37,347 bases of DNA, from contig JBDRCV010000002.1 of assembly GCA_043821385.1 (NCBI GenBank), positions 1 to 37,347 of the forward strand, in the 5' to 3' direction. The translations under genes were made by a program, and so were the position numbers. This DNA comes from an archaeon. GTDB lineage: Archaea; Iainarchaeota; Iainarchaeia; Iainarchaeales; JBDRCV01. The notes beneath the pieces are model-generated. The model had not been told where the DNA came from. It ran no database searches and saw only the letters and a program-made list of their open reading frames with translations. Positions 9,057 through 17,900 of this stretch are shown piece by piece; positions within the stretch are counted from its first letter, which is position 1; each line of letters starts with the position of its first letter.

Positions 9057-9491
9057 TCACCTTTTACTTGCCTGCTTTTTCTTTCTTGCTCCTTTACCTA
9101 AAGGTTTTTTTGCTTCTTTTCTTCTTGGGTCATCAACTAAAAGCATTTTATCGTATTCCATGAAAACTTTTTTGATTTCTGGTTTTTCAGTGAAATTAAT
9201 TATTCCTTTTGCTATTGCGCTTCTGACTGCAACTGCTTGGCTCATAAAGCCTCCGCCTTTAACATTGACTTTAATATCTAATCCGTCAGTGGTTTCTTTA
9301 AACATTTTTATTGGTTCTGCAATAAACTTTTTAACGTAATCTGGTTGAAAAATATCTAATGGAATACTGTTAATCAGTACTTTTCCTTTTCCTTTGGTTA
9401 CTACTGCTCTAGCTTTTGAAGTCTTGTTTTTTGACTTGCTTGTAACAGTTTTTTGTTTTGCTTTTTTTATTTTTTTCTTTTTTTCACTCAT
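9057..9491 (-). CDS. rps9: 30S ribosomal protein S9 (uS9)
   Basis: [18 protein letters not shown] and C-terminal DPRRKEAKK...KR. Confidence 0.9.
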   Translation of the reverse strand: MSEKKKKIKKAKQKTVTSKSKNKTSKARAVVTKGKGKVLINSIPLDIFQPDYVKKFIAEPIKMFKETTDGLDIKVNVKGGGFMSQAVAVRSAIAKGIINFTEKPEIKKVFMEYDKMLLVDDPRRKEAKKPLGKGARKKKQASKR

Positions 9492-9912
9492 TTTCCCACC
9501 TTGAACCTAAAGCCACACTAATGTCTTTCATGCAGCAGTGTTTTTGAGCTGGTTTCATTTGAACGCTTTTAACTGTTAATAGTTTTCCTTCAAATTCTTT
9601 TGGAACTCCTAAGTAAACTTTTAATTTTATTAATGCTTCTCTTCCAGTTTTCTTTTTTGTTGGAAGCATTCCTTTAACACTTTCTTTTACCATCAGGTCA
9701 GCTCTTTTAGGGTACTTTCTTCCCTTTAAAGGGTTTCCTTTTGCTTTAAGCTGTCTCCTGCCCCTGTATTTTGCAATAATGTTTTCTTTTCGTCCTACAA
9801 TGACTACGTCTTCAGCATTAACGATGACTACTCTTTTACCGTTCAATAATGCTTTAGCACTGATTGACGCTAGTCTTCCTAGTACTGCGTGCTTTCCGTC
9901 AAAAACTTTCAT
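9484..9912 (-). CDS. rpl13: 50S ribosomal protein L13 (uL13)
   Basis: HAVLGRLAS...VVIVNAEDVVI pattern and conserved position between L18e and S9. Confidence 0.9.
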   Translation of the reverse strand: MKVFDGKHAVLGRLASISAKALLNGKRVVIVNAEDVVIVGRKENIIAKYRGRRQLKAKGNPLKGRKYPKRADLMVKESVKGMLPTKKKTGREALIKLKVYLGVPKEFEGKLLTVKSVQMKPAQKHCCMKDISVALGSRWENE

Positions 9913-9916
9913 AAAA

Positions 9917-10285
9917 TCACTCTACAATCATTAATTCCTTTAAGTCAAGTTTCTTGTCTAAAACGTTTGCAATTAATTCAGGGTTTCCTTTTTTTTCAAG
10001 AATTTTTTCTCTGGCTTTTGCAGAGTAATCAAACGCTATAACATTAATTTTACCTTGTAATTCTCCGTAACTTAAAACTTTTCCTGCTACAACAAAAGTC
10101 TTGTTTGAAAACTTTTTGCTTAACTTGTTTAGCTTGTGTAAGTTAACTGGATTTTTTTTTCTTCTTGCTTTGCCTATCTTTTCTGCCAGAACCTTCCAAA
10201 GGCTCTTCTTTTCTTTCCTGTATTTTTTTTCCAGTTCTCTAACTAGTTTTTTTGATTCTGTGTTTGTTGGTCCAGTTACTTTCAT
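9917..10285 (-). CDS. rpl18e: 50S ribosomal protein L18e (eL18)
   Basis: Lysine-rich 122-aa protein in the conserved slot between rpoD/tRNA and L13; TNTESKKLVRELEK...VVAGKVLSYGEL. Confidence 0.8.
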   Translation of the reverse strand: MKVTGPTNTESKKLVRELEKKYRKEKKSLWKVLAEKIGKARRKKNPVNLHKLNKLSKKFSNKTFVVAGKVLSYGELQGKINVIAFDYSAKAREKILEKKGNPELIANVLDKKLDLKELMIVE

Positions 10286-10333
10286 TTTCTTTCACCATTT
10301 CATTTATTGTAAACTGCTTGTTGTGGCAGGCAT

Positions 10334-10417
10334 TGCAGGGAACGAGATTCGAACTCGCGAAGACACTAAGTCACAGGATCTTAAGTCCTGCCCCTTTGGC
10401 CGCTTGGGTACCCCTGC
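10334..10417 (-). tRNA. tRNA-Leu (anticodon UAA), class II with long variable arm, no encoded CCA
   Basis: Hand-folded cloverleaf. Acceptor GCAGGGG/TCCCTGC plus discriminator A. Anticodon stem CAGGA/TCCTG with loop CTTAAGA. T-arm GCGAG-TTCGAAT-CTCGT. 15-nt variable arm. Confidence 0.9.
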
Positions 10418-10419
10418 AC

Positions 10420-11166
10420 TTACTTTATTTTGTTTAATTCTGTTTTAAAACTCTTGGTTTTTTCTTCCAGTACATTGGTTGCATTGTTTATAATTTCTTT
10501 TATTGAAATCATACTATTGCTTTCAATGTTTAGGATAACAGTGCTTGGGTCTGTTGTTAAATTTAATGCTTCTTTGGTGCAAACATCAACACATTCTTTG
10601 CAGAGAGTGCATTTTAATTCGTCTGTTAAAACTACTTTTTGGCCTTTTAACTCTAGAACATTGGTTGGACAGACTTTAATGCAGTCATTGCATTGATTAC
10701 ATTCTTTGTTTGATTCAATTAAACCAATTTCTTGGTAGCCGATTATTGCTGGCTGCCATTTAGCGTGTTCTTTTCCTGTGCCAAGTCTTGCAGTTAATTC
10801 AATTTTAATTTTTTGCCCTTCTTTTAATTTTACTATTGGAATGTTTTGGTCTGCTACTTCAATTCCTTTACCTTTAATGCTTTTAGAGTAAACCATGCAT
10901 GGTCCTTCAGCTTCCAGCATTCCAGTAAAAGAGTCTTTTTCAGTGTAACCTTTGATGTCGCTTTTTAGTGGAATTAATCCTAGCCTGCTTGCAAGGTATT
11001 CGTCAAACAATATTGAATTGTTTTCATGGACTCTTATTTTTTCTATTCCTAATACTGGAACAGAATTCATTATGGTTCGCCTTAAAGCGTTAATGAATGT
11101 AAGGTTTGTTTTCTTTACAAGCAATTTTAGCTTGTTGTTGTTTTTTTCTAAAACTTTAACTTGCAT
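10420..11166 (-). CDS. rpoD: DNA-directed RNA polymerase subunit D (Rpb3) with ferredoxin-like 4Fe-4S domain
   Basis: LTFINALRR N-terminus. Two cluster motifs, CNQCNDCIKVCP and CTLCKECVDVC. Confidence 0.9.
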   Translation of the reverse strand: MQVKVLEKNNNKLKLLVKKTNLTFINALRRTIMNSVPVLGIEKIRVHENNSILFDEYLASRLGLIPLKSDIKGYTEKDSFTGMLEAEGPCMVYSKSIKGKGIEVADQNIPIVKLKEGQKIKIELTARLGTGKEHAKWQPAIIGYQEIGLIESNKECNQCNDCIKVCPTNVLELKGQKVVLTDELKCTLCKECVDVCTKEALNLTTDPSTVILNIESNSMISIKEIINNATNVLEEKTKSFKTELNKIK

Positions 11167-11185
11167 TATTTATTACCTCGTTTTT

Positions 11186-11569
11186 TTAACTCTTTTTTCC
11201 CCTGTACTTTTTCTTTTTTCTACAGCCATCGTGTGGTAGTGGGGTAACGTTTTCAATTCCAATAATTTTTAAGCCTTTAATTGTAAGTGACCTTATTGCG
11301 GCTTCACTTCCTGCTCCCGGAGACTTTGCTTTTATTCCGCCAGGGCCTCGTACTTTAACTTTGACAGCAGTAATTCCTTTTTCTAGTGCTTTGTTAGCTA
11401 CTATTTCTGCTACTTTCATTGCAGCATAAGGGCTTCCTTCTTTGTGTTGTGCTTTAACTACTTCTCCGCCAGAACTCTTTGCAATGGTTTCTGCACCTGT
11501 AACGTCAGTTAACAAAATCTTGGTGTTGTTGTGTGAAGCATAAATGTGTACTATTCCTGTTTTACCCAT
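11186..11569 (-). CDS. rps11: 30S ribosomal protein S11 (uS11)
   Basis: IVHIYASHNNT and GPGGIKAKSPGAGSEAAIRSL. Confidence 0.9.
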   Translation of the reverse strand: MGKTGIVHIYASHNNTKILLTDVTGAETIAKSSGGEVVKAQHKEGSPYAAMKVAEIVANKALEKGITAVKVKVRGPGGIKAKSPGAGSEAAIRSLTIKGLKIIGIENVTPLPHDGCRKKKKYRGKKS

Positions 11570-12224
11570 TTGTTTTCACCTCTATAGCTTCTTTTTTTTC
11601 TTTAACTGCTTCTTTTCCTTTTTCCACTGGTTTAACTGCGTTGACTTCTTTTGCTTCACCTTTTACTTCTTCAAACTTTTGTTTTAAGCTTTCTTTTGGT
11701 TCTTCTTTCTTGTCAATCGTTTTTGACTCTTTTTTTTCATCTAAAATAATTTTCTTATTTCCAAAGTATCCTATTTTGTCGTTCTTTTTAACCAGGTAAC
11801 TTGGGCTTGTTAATTTCTTGTCGTTTACGGCAATAAAACCGTGCACTATTATTTGCCTTGCTTGTTTTACTGTGTTTGCAAGGTTTTCTCTCCAAACAAT
11901 TGTTTGTAATCTTCTTTCAAGTAATTCTTCAGTACTCAAAGTTAGTGCGTCATCTAGACCAGCGTTTTCCAGTAACCCAATTTTTTCTAAACTTGAAAGT
12001 AATTCTTGTTTTCTTTGAGTTGTCTCGCTTTCACTTGCAAGTCCAGCTAAAAGTTTTCTTGCATTTTGTTTTTTATTTCTAAGAATAGTTTTAAACAACC
12101 ATAATTCTTTCAAATTCTTTAAACCATAAGTATTAACAAGGTTTTTTTCTTCTTCAATTCTTTTCTTGTCCCATAACTTTTTTGGTCTGTCAAATTTTTT
12201 CCTGCTTTTCTTTGGGTCACCCAT
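11562..12224 (-). CDS. rps4: 30S ribosomal protein S4 (uS4) with K/E-rich C-terminal tail
   Basis: MGDPKKSRKKFDRPKKLWDK N-terminus and S4 RNA-binding domain (RRLQTIVWR). About 60 aa of K/E-rich tail. Confidence 0.9.
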   Translation of the reverse strand: MGDPKKSRKKFDRPKKLWDKKRIEEEKNLVNTYGLKNLKELWLFKTILRNKKQNARKLLAGLASESETTQRKQELLSSLEKIGLLENAGLDDALTLSTEELLERRLQTIVWRENLANTVKQARQIIVHGFIAVNDKKLTSPSYLVKKNDKIGYFGNKKIILDEKKESKTIDKKEEPKESLKQKFEEVKGEAKEVNAVKPVEKGKEAVKEKKEAIEVKTNG

Positions 12225-12235
12225 TAACTATCACC

Positions 12236-12841
12236 TTACTTTCCGCCTTTAATTGTTTTTTTTACTACTCCAATGGTTGAACCTTTCTTTCTAAAACTGG
12301 TTCGAGTTCTTTGTCCTCTGACTGGCAAGCCTGCTTGATGCCTTATTCCTTTATATGACTGGATTTTTCCCATTCTCTGTAAGTCTTTTCTTAAAGTTAA
12401 ATCCATGTCAGCCATAATTAAGTGCTTGTCTTCTCCTGTCTCCGTGTCTTTTCTTCTGTTTAAAACCCATTTTGGGATTCCGTGTTTTTCTGGTTCTGCA
12501 ATAATTTCTTCAAGCAAGTCATCTTTGTCTTCAGGAATTACTCCTAGTTTTGCATCAAACTTTATGCCTGTTTCTTTTTCAAACGTTATTGCAATAATTC
12601 TGTTAAACCTTATGCCAATTCCTTTAATGTCTTTTAATGCCATACAAATTGGTTTTTTTCCATCCAAGTCCTTGCCAGCTATTCTGACAATTAACCTTAA
12701 TTCTTCTTTTTGTTCTTTAGGCTTTTCTTTAAGTTTTTCAACAACCTTTTCAGTCTTTTCAACTTTCTCTACTGGTTTTTCTTTTGTCTTTACAGCTGGT
12801 TTTTCTCCCGGCTTCTCAACTTTTTCTTCTTTTTCAGTCAT
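12236..12841 (-). CDS. rps13: 30S ribosomal protein S13 (uS13) with K/E-rich N-terminal extension
   Basis: RIAGKDLDGKK core and GLPVRGQRTRT C-terminus. GAGGT Shine-Dalgarno 7 nt upstream of the ATG at 12841. No alternative in-frame start before the core. Confidence 0.9.
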   Translation of the reverse strand: MTEKEEKVEKPGEKPAVKTKEKPVEKVEKTEKVVEKLKEKPKEQKEELRLIVRIAGKDLDGKKPICMALKDIKGIGIRFNRIIAITFEKETGIKFDAKLGVIPEDKDDLLEEIIAEPEKHGIPKWVLNRRKDTETGEDKHLIMADMDLTLRKDLQRMGKIQSYKGIRHQAGLPVRGQRTRTSFRKKGSTIGVVKKTIKGGK

Positions 12842-13074
12842 TCTTTAACCTCTTTTAATGCTTTAACTACTTGCTCGTGTGAAGCGTTTTCCTTTAAATC
12901 TAAAACTTTGTCTGTTGGAAACAAGTGCACTGGATTACATTTTCTTCTTCTCGTTCTTAAACCATCAACTAAAACAAACTTGTCTTTGTTTTCAATGATT
13001 ACAACGGTTTTTCCTGCTTCTCTGCCTTTCTTTTTAACACAGACTCTTCCAACTTTAAGTAAATTTTTTTCCAT
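12838..13074 (-). CDS. rpl14e: 50S ribosomal protein L14e (eL14)
   Basis: KVGRVCVKKKGREAGK KOW-type motif, 78 aa, conserved slot after cmk. Confidence 0.85.
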   Translation of the reverse strand: MEKNLLKVGRVCVKKKGREAGKTVVIIENKDKFVLVDGLRTRRRKCNPVHLFPTDKVLDLKENASHEQVVKALKEVKE

Positions 13075-13088
13075 TTCAATCTCTTCCT

Positions 13089-13568
13089 TTATTTTCTTTT
13101 TTCTATAAACTTTTCCATTATTGCTGTTATTCCATCTTTGTCCAGTTTGTCAATATTTAAAACCAAGTCATAAACACTTAAGTCCAGTGAATCGATTCCA
13201 TAATTTTTTAATAAACTTACTGACTGTTCTTGCTGCATTAAATCAATTTTTTGCATTGCTTCTCCAATTGGAATTTTTTCTTTTTCACTTAACCTTATTG
13301 CCCTGTTTTTTTTCAGTGACTGCAAGAAAATTTTGGCGTCAGCGTTAAACAACTGCCATGCAGCCAAAGGGTGGCAAATTATTGCCATCTTGTTTTTTGT
13401 TTTGCTTAAAAACACTTGTCTTGCTTTCTCTGAGTAATTGTCTTGAATTCCTTCTAATTCAGAGTCAATTGTTTGCATTGAATAATACTTTAAGCCATTG
13501 TTTAATGCAATCGTTTTAGCTATTGCTTCAACCTTTGTTTCAGGCATGAAGCCTAAAGTAATAATCAT
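13089..13568 (-). CDS. cytidylate kinase-like protein (archaeal Cmk slot) with degenerate Walker A
   Basis: MIITLGFMPETKVEA where archaeal Cmk has MIITIGGxPGxGxTT. The C-terminal half (KNYGIDSLDLSVYDLVLNIDKL) matches the archaeal Cmk pattern. Sits between L34e and L14e. Confidence 0.65.
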   Translation of the reverse strand: MIITLGFMPETKVEAIAKTIALNNGLKYYSMQTIDSELEGIQDNYSEKARQVFLSKTKNKMAIICHPLAAWQLFNADAKIFLQSLKKNRAIRLSEKEKIPIGEAMQKIDLMQQEQSVSLLKNYGIDSLDLSVYDLVLNIDKLDKDGITAIMEKFIEKRK

Positions 13569-13903
13569 TCAATCCTCCGTTCAATTTGTTTTATGTAAGA
13601 ATGTAATCTTAACTCTATTTCATCTAATTTTTTGACTCCGGATTTTAACATGATTCCTTCCTCAAAAACTCTTGTACGACACTTACTGCATAATACTCCG
13701 CCAAAAACTACACTTGGTCTTTTCTTGGTTTTAGCAGTATTTTTTCTTTTATTGCTTGAACCCTGTATTACTCCAAGCAATTTACTTTTGCATAAAGCAC
13801 AAGATTGTTTTGAAGGCCTTTTAGCTTTAGTAATTCTCTTGCTTTTGCCTTTAGGGGTTCTGACAAACTTTTTCTTTTTTGTCCTGTCGCCTGGTTTAAC
13901 CAT
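13565..13903 (-). CDS. rpl34e: 50S ribosomal protein L34e (eL34)
   Basis: Basic N-terminus RTKKKKFVRTPKGKS. Cys pairs CALC and CSKC. Conserved slot. Confidence 0.85.
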   Translation of the reverse strand: MVKPGDRTKKKKFVRTPKGKSKRITKAKRPSKQSCALCKSKLLGVIQGSSNKRKNTAKTKKRPSVVFGGVLCSKCRTRVFEEGIMLKSGVKKLDEIELRLHSYIKQIERRIE

Positions 13904-14351
13904 TTTTTCCCTCTTTTACTTTATCAATTATTTTGAAAATAATGTTCATGGCAATGCTTGCAGTAATTGAAACCGCAATATACCAAGTATAATGTCCTTT
14001 AAATCCCATGAATTCTCCTATTGGGGTAATGCTGCCATCATAGTTAGTGCTGATAAACCAAAACACTGGAAAAAATATTACTGCAATTACCAGCATGTGT
14101 TTCATGCTGCCTTTCATCATTCTTGAAGAGTCTTCAAGCATTTCTTTTTGCAGTCTGTCAATTTCTGTCTTATTTTTTTCATGTCCTTCTTTTGACAATT
14201 CCTTTATTTTCTTTTGTTTTTCTTTCATGCTTTTTTGAATGCTTTTCATTAATTTTCTGTCAACTAACTTTCTTTGCACTAACAGTGAAATCAATGCAAG
14301 CAATATACCAAAAATGGCAATGTCAATTGTTGGGTTAAATAATGAAATCAT
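13896..14351 (-). CDS. DUF106 membrane protein (archaeal YidC/Oxa1/EMC3-like insertase family)
   Basis: Three hydrophobic segments flank a charged coiled segment (KSMKEKQKKIKELSKEG...RLQKEMLED). Conserved position after secY. Confidence 0.7.
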   Translation of the reverse strand: MISLFNPTIDIAIFGILLALISLLVQRKLVDRKLMKSIQKSMKEKQKKIKELSKEGHEKNKTEIDRLQKEMLEDSSRMMKGSMKHMLVIAVIFFPVFWFISTNYDGSITPIGEFMGFKGHYTWYIAVSITASIAMNIIFKIIDKVKEGKNG

Positions 14352-14411
14352 GTTTTTATTACCTTTAATAATTTTTACTACGACACTAATTTAAAGTCTT
14401 TCTCTGCAAAT

Positions 14412-15773
14412 TTAACCGAAAACCCTTTTTAATAATGGGTTGGTTTCCATAAACTGTTGTTTTGCTAATTCTTCATATAGTCTGTAAACAATTCCAACAG
14501 TCAATAATATTCCTGTTCCAGTTCCAAGTGCTCCAGTAAAGTCTGCCATTACTGCCAGAAAGCCCACGAAAGCAGAACCGAGAATCGTTATGGGGGGAAT
14601 GTATCTTTTCAATACTTGTACTATAATTCTTTTATCTCTTCTGAATCCAGGAATGTACATTCCTGAACCCTGTAATTGGTCTGCAACGTTTTCGGGTCCT
14701 TGTCCAGCCATTTCAACCCAAAACTTTCCAAAAACAATACAAACTGTAATAAAAATGATTCCATAAACTATTCCATGCATTATTCCGCCTAACACTGGGC
14801 CTGTAAGCCCTTGTAACAATAATGCTTCAATTAAGCTTTGTCCTCCAATGTAAGGCGCGCTCGTGTAAGTTGCCAGTAATCCCAGAAAGCCTCCAAGAAA
14901 ACTATTCGCGCCAATTGTTGCCCACATTTGAAAGTTTGCAAATAACGCTACAGCCAAAATCACGGGCAGGTTTGAAACGTAAAGGAATTTAACTGGAAAT
15001 CTTCCACCCATTCCCTGCTGTCCTAAAGTTATCGGAATGTTGACATGAATTCCTTCCGCGTAAACAACTATAAAAAATATTATTAAAGTGAAAATCACTG
15101 GCAAGAACAATAACAGTAAAGTAATATTAAACCCGCCTGCTAATCCTGCAATAAATGTGGAAATTATTCCTTGAGTAAATCCTTGAGTTGAAGCAATTGG
15201 TGGAGCAAACAATCTCCAAAAGATTGCGCCACTTACTCCTCCAGCAATAAACAATCCAATTCCTGAACCAAAACCCCATTTGGATACAACTTCATCCAAG
15301 TACAGTATCAGTATGGAACCAATTGCTACTTGTGCTACTACTATTATGAACATTCCTGGCATTGGAGCTAACAATCCAGACATCACGTAAACTACTGCTT
15401 CAAAAAAACTCAAAATTATGGCTAAAAGTTTTTGTGTTCCTGCAAAAGCTGCTTTGTCTGTCGGATTACTTAAATCCAAGTTAATTATTTTACTTCCTAC
15501 AAGCAACTGTAAGACAATTGATGCTAATACAATGGGGCCGATGCCGGCAGTAATAAGTGTTCCAATGTTACTTGCAAGAATTAACTGTAATTGTTCTAGT
15601 TGTCCTGTACTACTGGCACTTAATCCAATAATTTGAATGTTTCCCATTACAAAAAATATTACTAGTGCTATAGCTGACCAAATTAACCGCTTTTTAACTG
15701 TTTGTTGTTTTTCTGGTGGTTTTACCTCTGGTAAAACACTGTACAACGGCTTTAGTCTGTGAACAAAACTCAT
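14412..15773 (-). CDS. secY: preprotein translocase subunit SecY
   Basis: 453-aa 10-TM protein directly after L15. C-terminal GILLTVGIVYRLYEE. Confidence 0.9.
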   Translation of the reverse strand: MSFVHRLKPLYSVLPEVKPPEKQQTVKKRLIWSAIALVIFFVMGNIQIIGLSASSTGQLEQLQLILASNIGTLITAGIGPIVLASIVLQLLVGSKIINLDLSNPTDKAAFAGTQKLLAIILSFFEAVVYVMSGLLAPMPGMFIIVVAQVAIGSILILYLDEVVSKWGFGSGIGLFIAGGVSGAIFWRLFAPPIASTQGFTQGIISTFIAGLAGGFNITLLLLFLPVIFTLIIFFIVVYAEGIHVNIPITLGQQGMGGRFPVKFLYVSNLPVILAVALFANFQMWATIGANSFLGGFLGLLATYTSAPYIGGQSLIEALLLQGLTGPVLGGIMHGIVYGIIFITVCIVFGKFWVEMAGQGPENVADQLQGSGMYIPGFRRDKRIIVQVLKRYIPPITILGSAFVGFLAVMADFTGALGTGTGILLTVGIVYRLYEELAKQQFMETNPLLKRVFG

Positions 15774-16204
15774 TCTATTACACTTCCAGTTTTAAGCATT
15801 TTTTCTAAAGCTTTCTTTGAAGCCATGCCTTTACTGATTAACACTTGAAATTCTATATTACCATAACTTAAAATCTTATTTATTCCTGCTTTCCTTAAGT
15901 CAATTAATTTTTTTCCATCTTTTTCAATTGTTTTAAGTTTTCCTTTATTCTTTTTAATAAAATAATTCAAGTCAATTAAATTAATGCTTGTAATCTTTTC
16001 TTGCTTTGGCTTTAACTTTTTTTGCTTTAAGTTGTCTTTTTTTTTCTGAAATTTTTCCGGGTAAGTGTTATATTTATGTTTCTTGCTTCCTGCCCTGCCT
16101 CTGCCTCCTCGGCTTCCGCCACCACGTTTATTTGCTGTGTTGCCTTTTCCATGGGTTCTGTTTCCGCGAAGCTTGTTCTTTTTTCTTTGCTTTCTAATTA
16201 CCAT
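15770..16204 (-). CDS. rpl15: 50S ribosomal protein L15 (uL15)
   Basis: KLRGNRTHGKG...GGGSRGGRGRAGS glycine/arginine-rich N-terminus. Confidence 0.9.
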   Translation of the reverse strand: MVIRKQRKKNKLRGNRTHGKGNTANKRGGGSRGGRGRAGSKKHKYNTYPEKFQKKKDNLKQKKLKPKQEKITSINLIDLNYFIKKNKGKLKTIEKDGKKLIDLRKAGINKILSYGNIEFQVLISKGMASKKALEKMLKTGSVIE

Positions 16205-16214
16205 TTTATCTCAC

Positions 16215-16676
16215 TTAAATCATTTTCAACAATAAATCATTAATTTTTTCTTTTCTATCGCCCAATACTCCACCTAACTTGAATGGTTTTTTGATTCCTT
16301 TTCTTTCAAAACCCTTGCTTGGAGGACTTAACCTAAAAACTGGTTTTACTTCTAATTCCTTTAAACTGCTTTTTTCTTCCATTAAACTTTTAGCCATTTC
16401 ATTAAAGTCTTTGAAATTTTTTTCTTTCAGCCAGTCAACTGTTAGTCTTTTCTTTGCACTAATCCTTCCACGTTTCTTTAACAATTTCTCTAAAACATTT
16501 TCTTTTATTTCGCCCCAAGTAATAAATGATTCAGCTTTCTTTACCATTTTTACAACTTGTTTCTCGTTTTTTACCAGCACACAATGGTTAACTTGATTTA
16601 ATCTAAGCAATTCCATGGTTCTCGCAATTCTGGGGTTAACTTTTACTATTCCCCTAATCCTTATTACTGCAATCAC
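16215..16676 (-). CDS. rpl30: 50S ribosomal protein L30 (uL30)
   Basis: IAVIRIRG...RTMELLRLN. The GTG start overlaps the S5 stop (GTGA). Confidence 0.9.
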   Translation of the reverse strand: MIAVIRIRGIVKVNPRIARTMELLRLNQVNHCVLVKNEKQVVKMVKKAESFITWGEIKENVLEKLLKKRGRISAKKRLTVDWLKEKNFKDFNEMAKSLMEEKSSLKELEVKPVFRLSPPSKGFERKGIKKPFKLGGVLGDRKEKINDLLLKMI

Positions 16677-17398
16677 TTTAAACCCTCAATTTTTTGAATT
16701 TTTTTCTCTAAGTCTGGTGAAGCAAACTTTTTAGTTGTTTCACTTAAAGCGTCAACTATTGCTTGAACAAAATTCAGTTTAGTTGAACTGTTTCCTCGAG
16801 TTTTAGCCCAAATATCTTTTATTCCTGCAAATATTAAAATGTCTTTAATTGAGTCGCTTGCAGCCAAACCAATTCCTTTTGGTGCAGGCATTAACCTGAC
16901 TTTAACTGACGCAGAACTTCCTTCAACTTTGAATGGCACTGTGTGCTTTAAACCACACTTGCATTCCCAGCTGCCACAACCTTTTCTAATTCTAACTAAT
17001 TGTAGTTTCGCGTTTCTTGTTGCTTTTCTTATTGCAGGCCATCTTTCCTTATCTTTTCCTACTCCGACTCCAATCCACTCGTTTTTATCTCCAACAATTA
17101 CTGTTGCTCTGAAAGAAAAATTCCTTCCACTTCTTGTAACTCTGGTAGTTTTCTTAAAGTCTACAACTTTTTCTTCTAAGTCTTCAACTAATAAGTCAAC
17201 TATTTCTGGTTCCATTATCTTTAAACCTTTCTTTTCAATTTCATTAAGAGAATTAATTTCCTTGTTTAACACTAGTTTTCCTAACCTAGTTTTTGGAATC
17301 CAAGCGGCAAGCATTGCCTGCTTTCTTTCTTCTTCTCTTGAAGCTCTCTTGTTTTCCGTTCGGCCTCTTTTCTTTCCTTCAGTTTTTTTTTCACTCAT
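16673..17398 (-). CDS. rps5: 30S ribosomal protein S5 (uS5)
   Basis: FRATVIVGDKNEWIGVGVGK and MPAPKGIGLAA. Confidence 0.9.
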   Translation of the reverse strand: MSEKKTEGKKRGRTENKRASREEERKQAMLAAWIPKTRLGKLVLNKEINSLNEIEKKGLKIMEPEIVDLLVEDLEEKVVDFKKTTRVTRSGRNFSFRATVIVGDKNEWIGVGVGKDKERWPAIRKATRNAKLQLVRIRKGCGSWECKCGLKHTVPFKVEGSSASVKVRLMPAPKGIGLAASDSIKDILIFAGIKDIWAKTRGNSSTKLNFVQAIVDALSETTKKFASPDLEKKIQKIEGLK

Positions 17399-17900
17399 TT
17401 GCTTTTACACCTTTTAAGAGTTTTGCTTTAAAATCATTAAATGCTTTAACTTTTTCTTCACTAATGTGTTTTCCTTCAATCCTGTCTTTTGAAGGCAAAG
17501 CTTTCTCGTCAAACGGAAGCTTTATTCCTGAATCAAGTAATCCTTTCAAGCAGGCAAACAATCTACCGCCCAAAAAAGAAGTCTGAATTCCTAAATCTAG
17601 TACTGCTTGGTCAACTTTGCCTTTAACTTTAATTCCCAAATACAATCCAGTAAGGTAAGCTGTTGGCAGATTCATTTTTGGTTCCCATCCTAATTTCTTT
17701 AAAGCTTTAGAGCTAACTCCTGCAATAACTTTGTCTCCAGTTTTCTCGTACTTTACTGCTTGGACAACAAAGTGCTTGTTGCTTTTCCTTACAATAATTC
17801 TAGGAAGCTTTGATTTCAGTAAAGATAACCTTTTAACGTAATTTGTTTTTCCTTCCATTCTTCTCTTAAACTTTTTTTTATAAGTTGGTCCTTGACTCAT
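17391..17900 (-). CDS. rpl18: 50S ribosomal protein L18 (uL18)
   Basis: RRMEGKTNYVKRLSLLKS...RKSNKHFVVQ. Confidence 0.9.
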   Translation of the reverse strand: MSQGPTYKKKFKRRMEGKTNYVKRLSLLKSKLPRIIVRKSNKHFVVQAVKYEKTGDKVIAGVSSKALKKLGWEPKMNLPTAYLTGLYLGIKVKGKVDQAVLDLGIQTSFLGGRLFACLKGLLDSGIKLPFDEKALPSKDRIEGKHISEEKVKAFNDFKAKLLKGVKANE

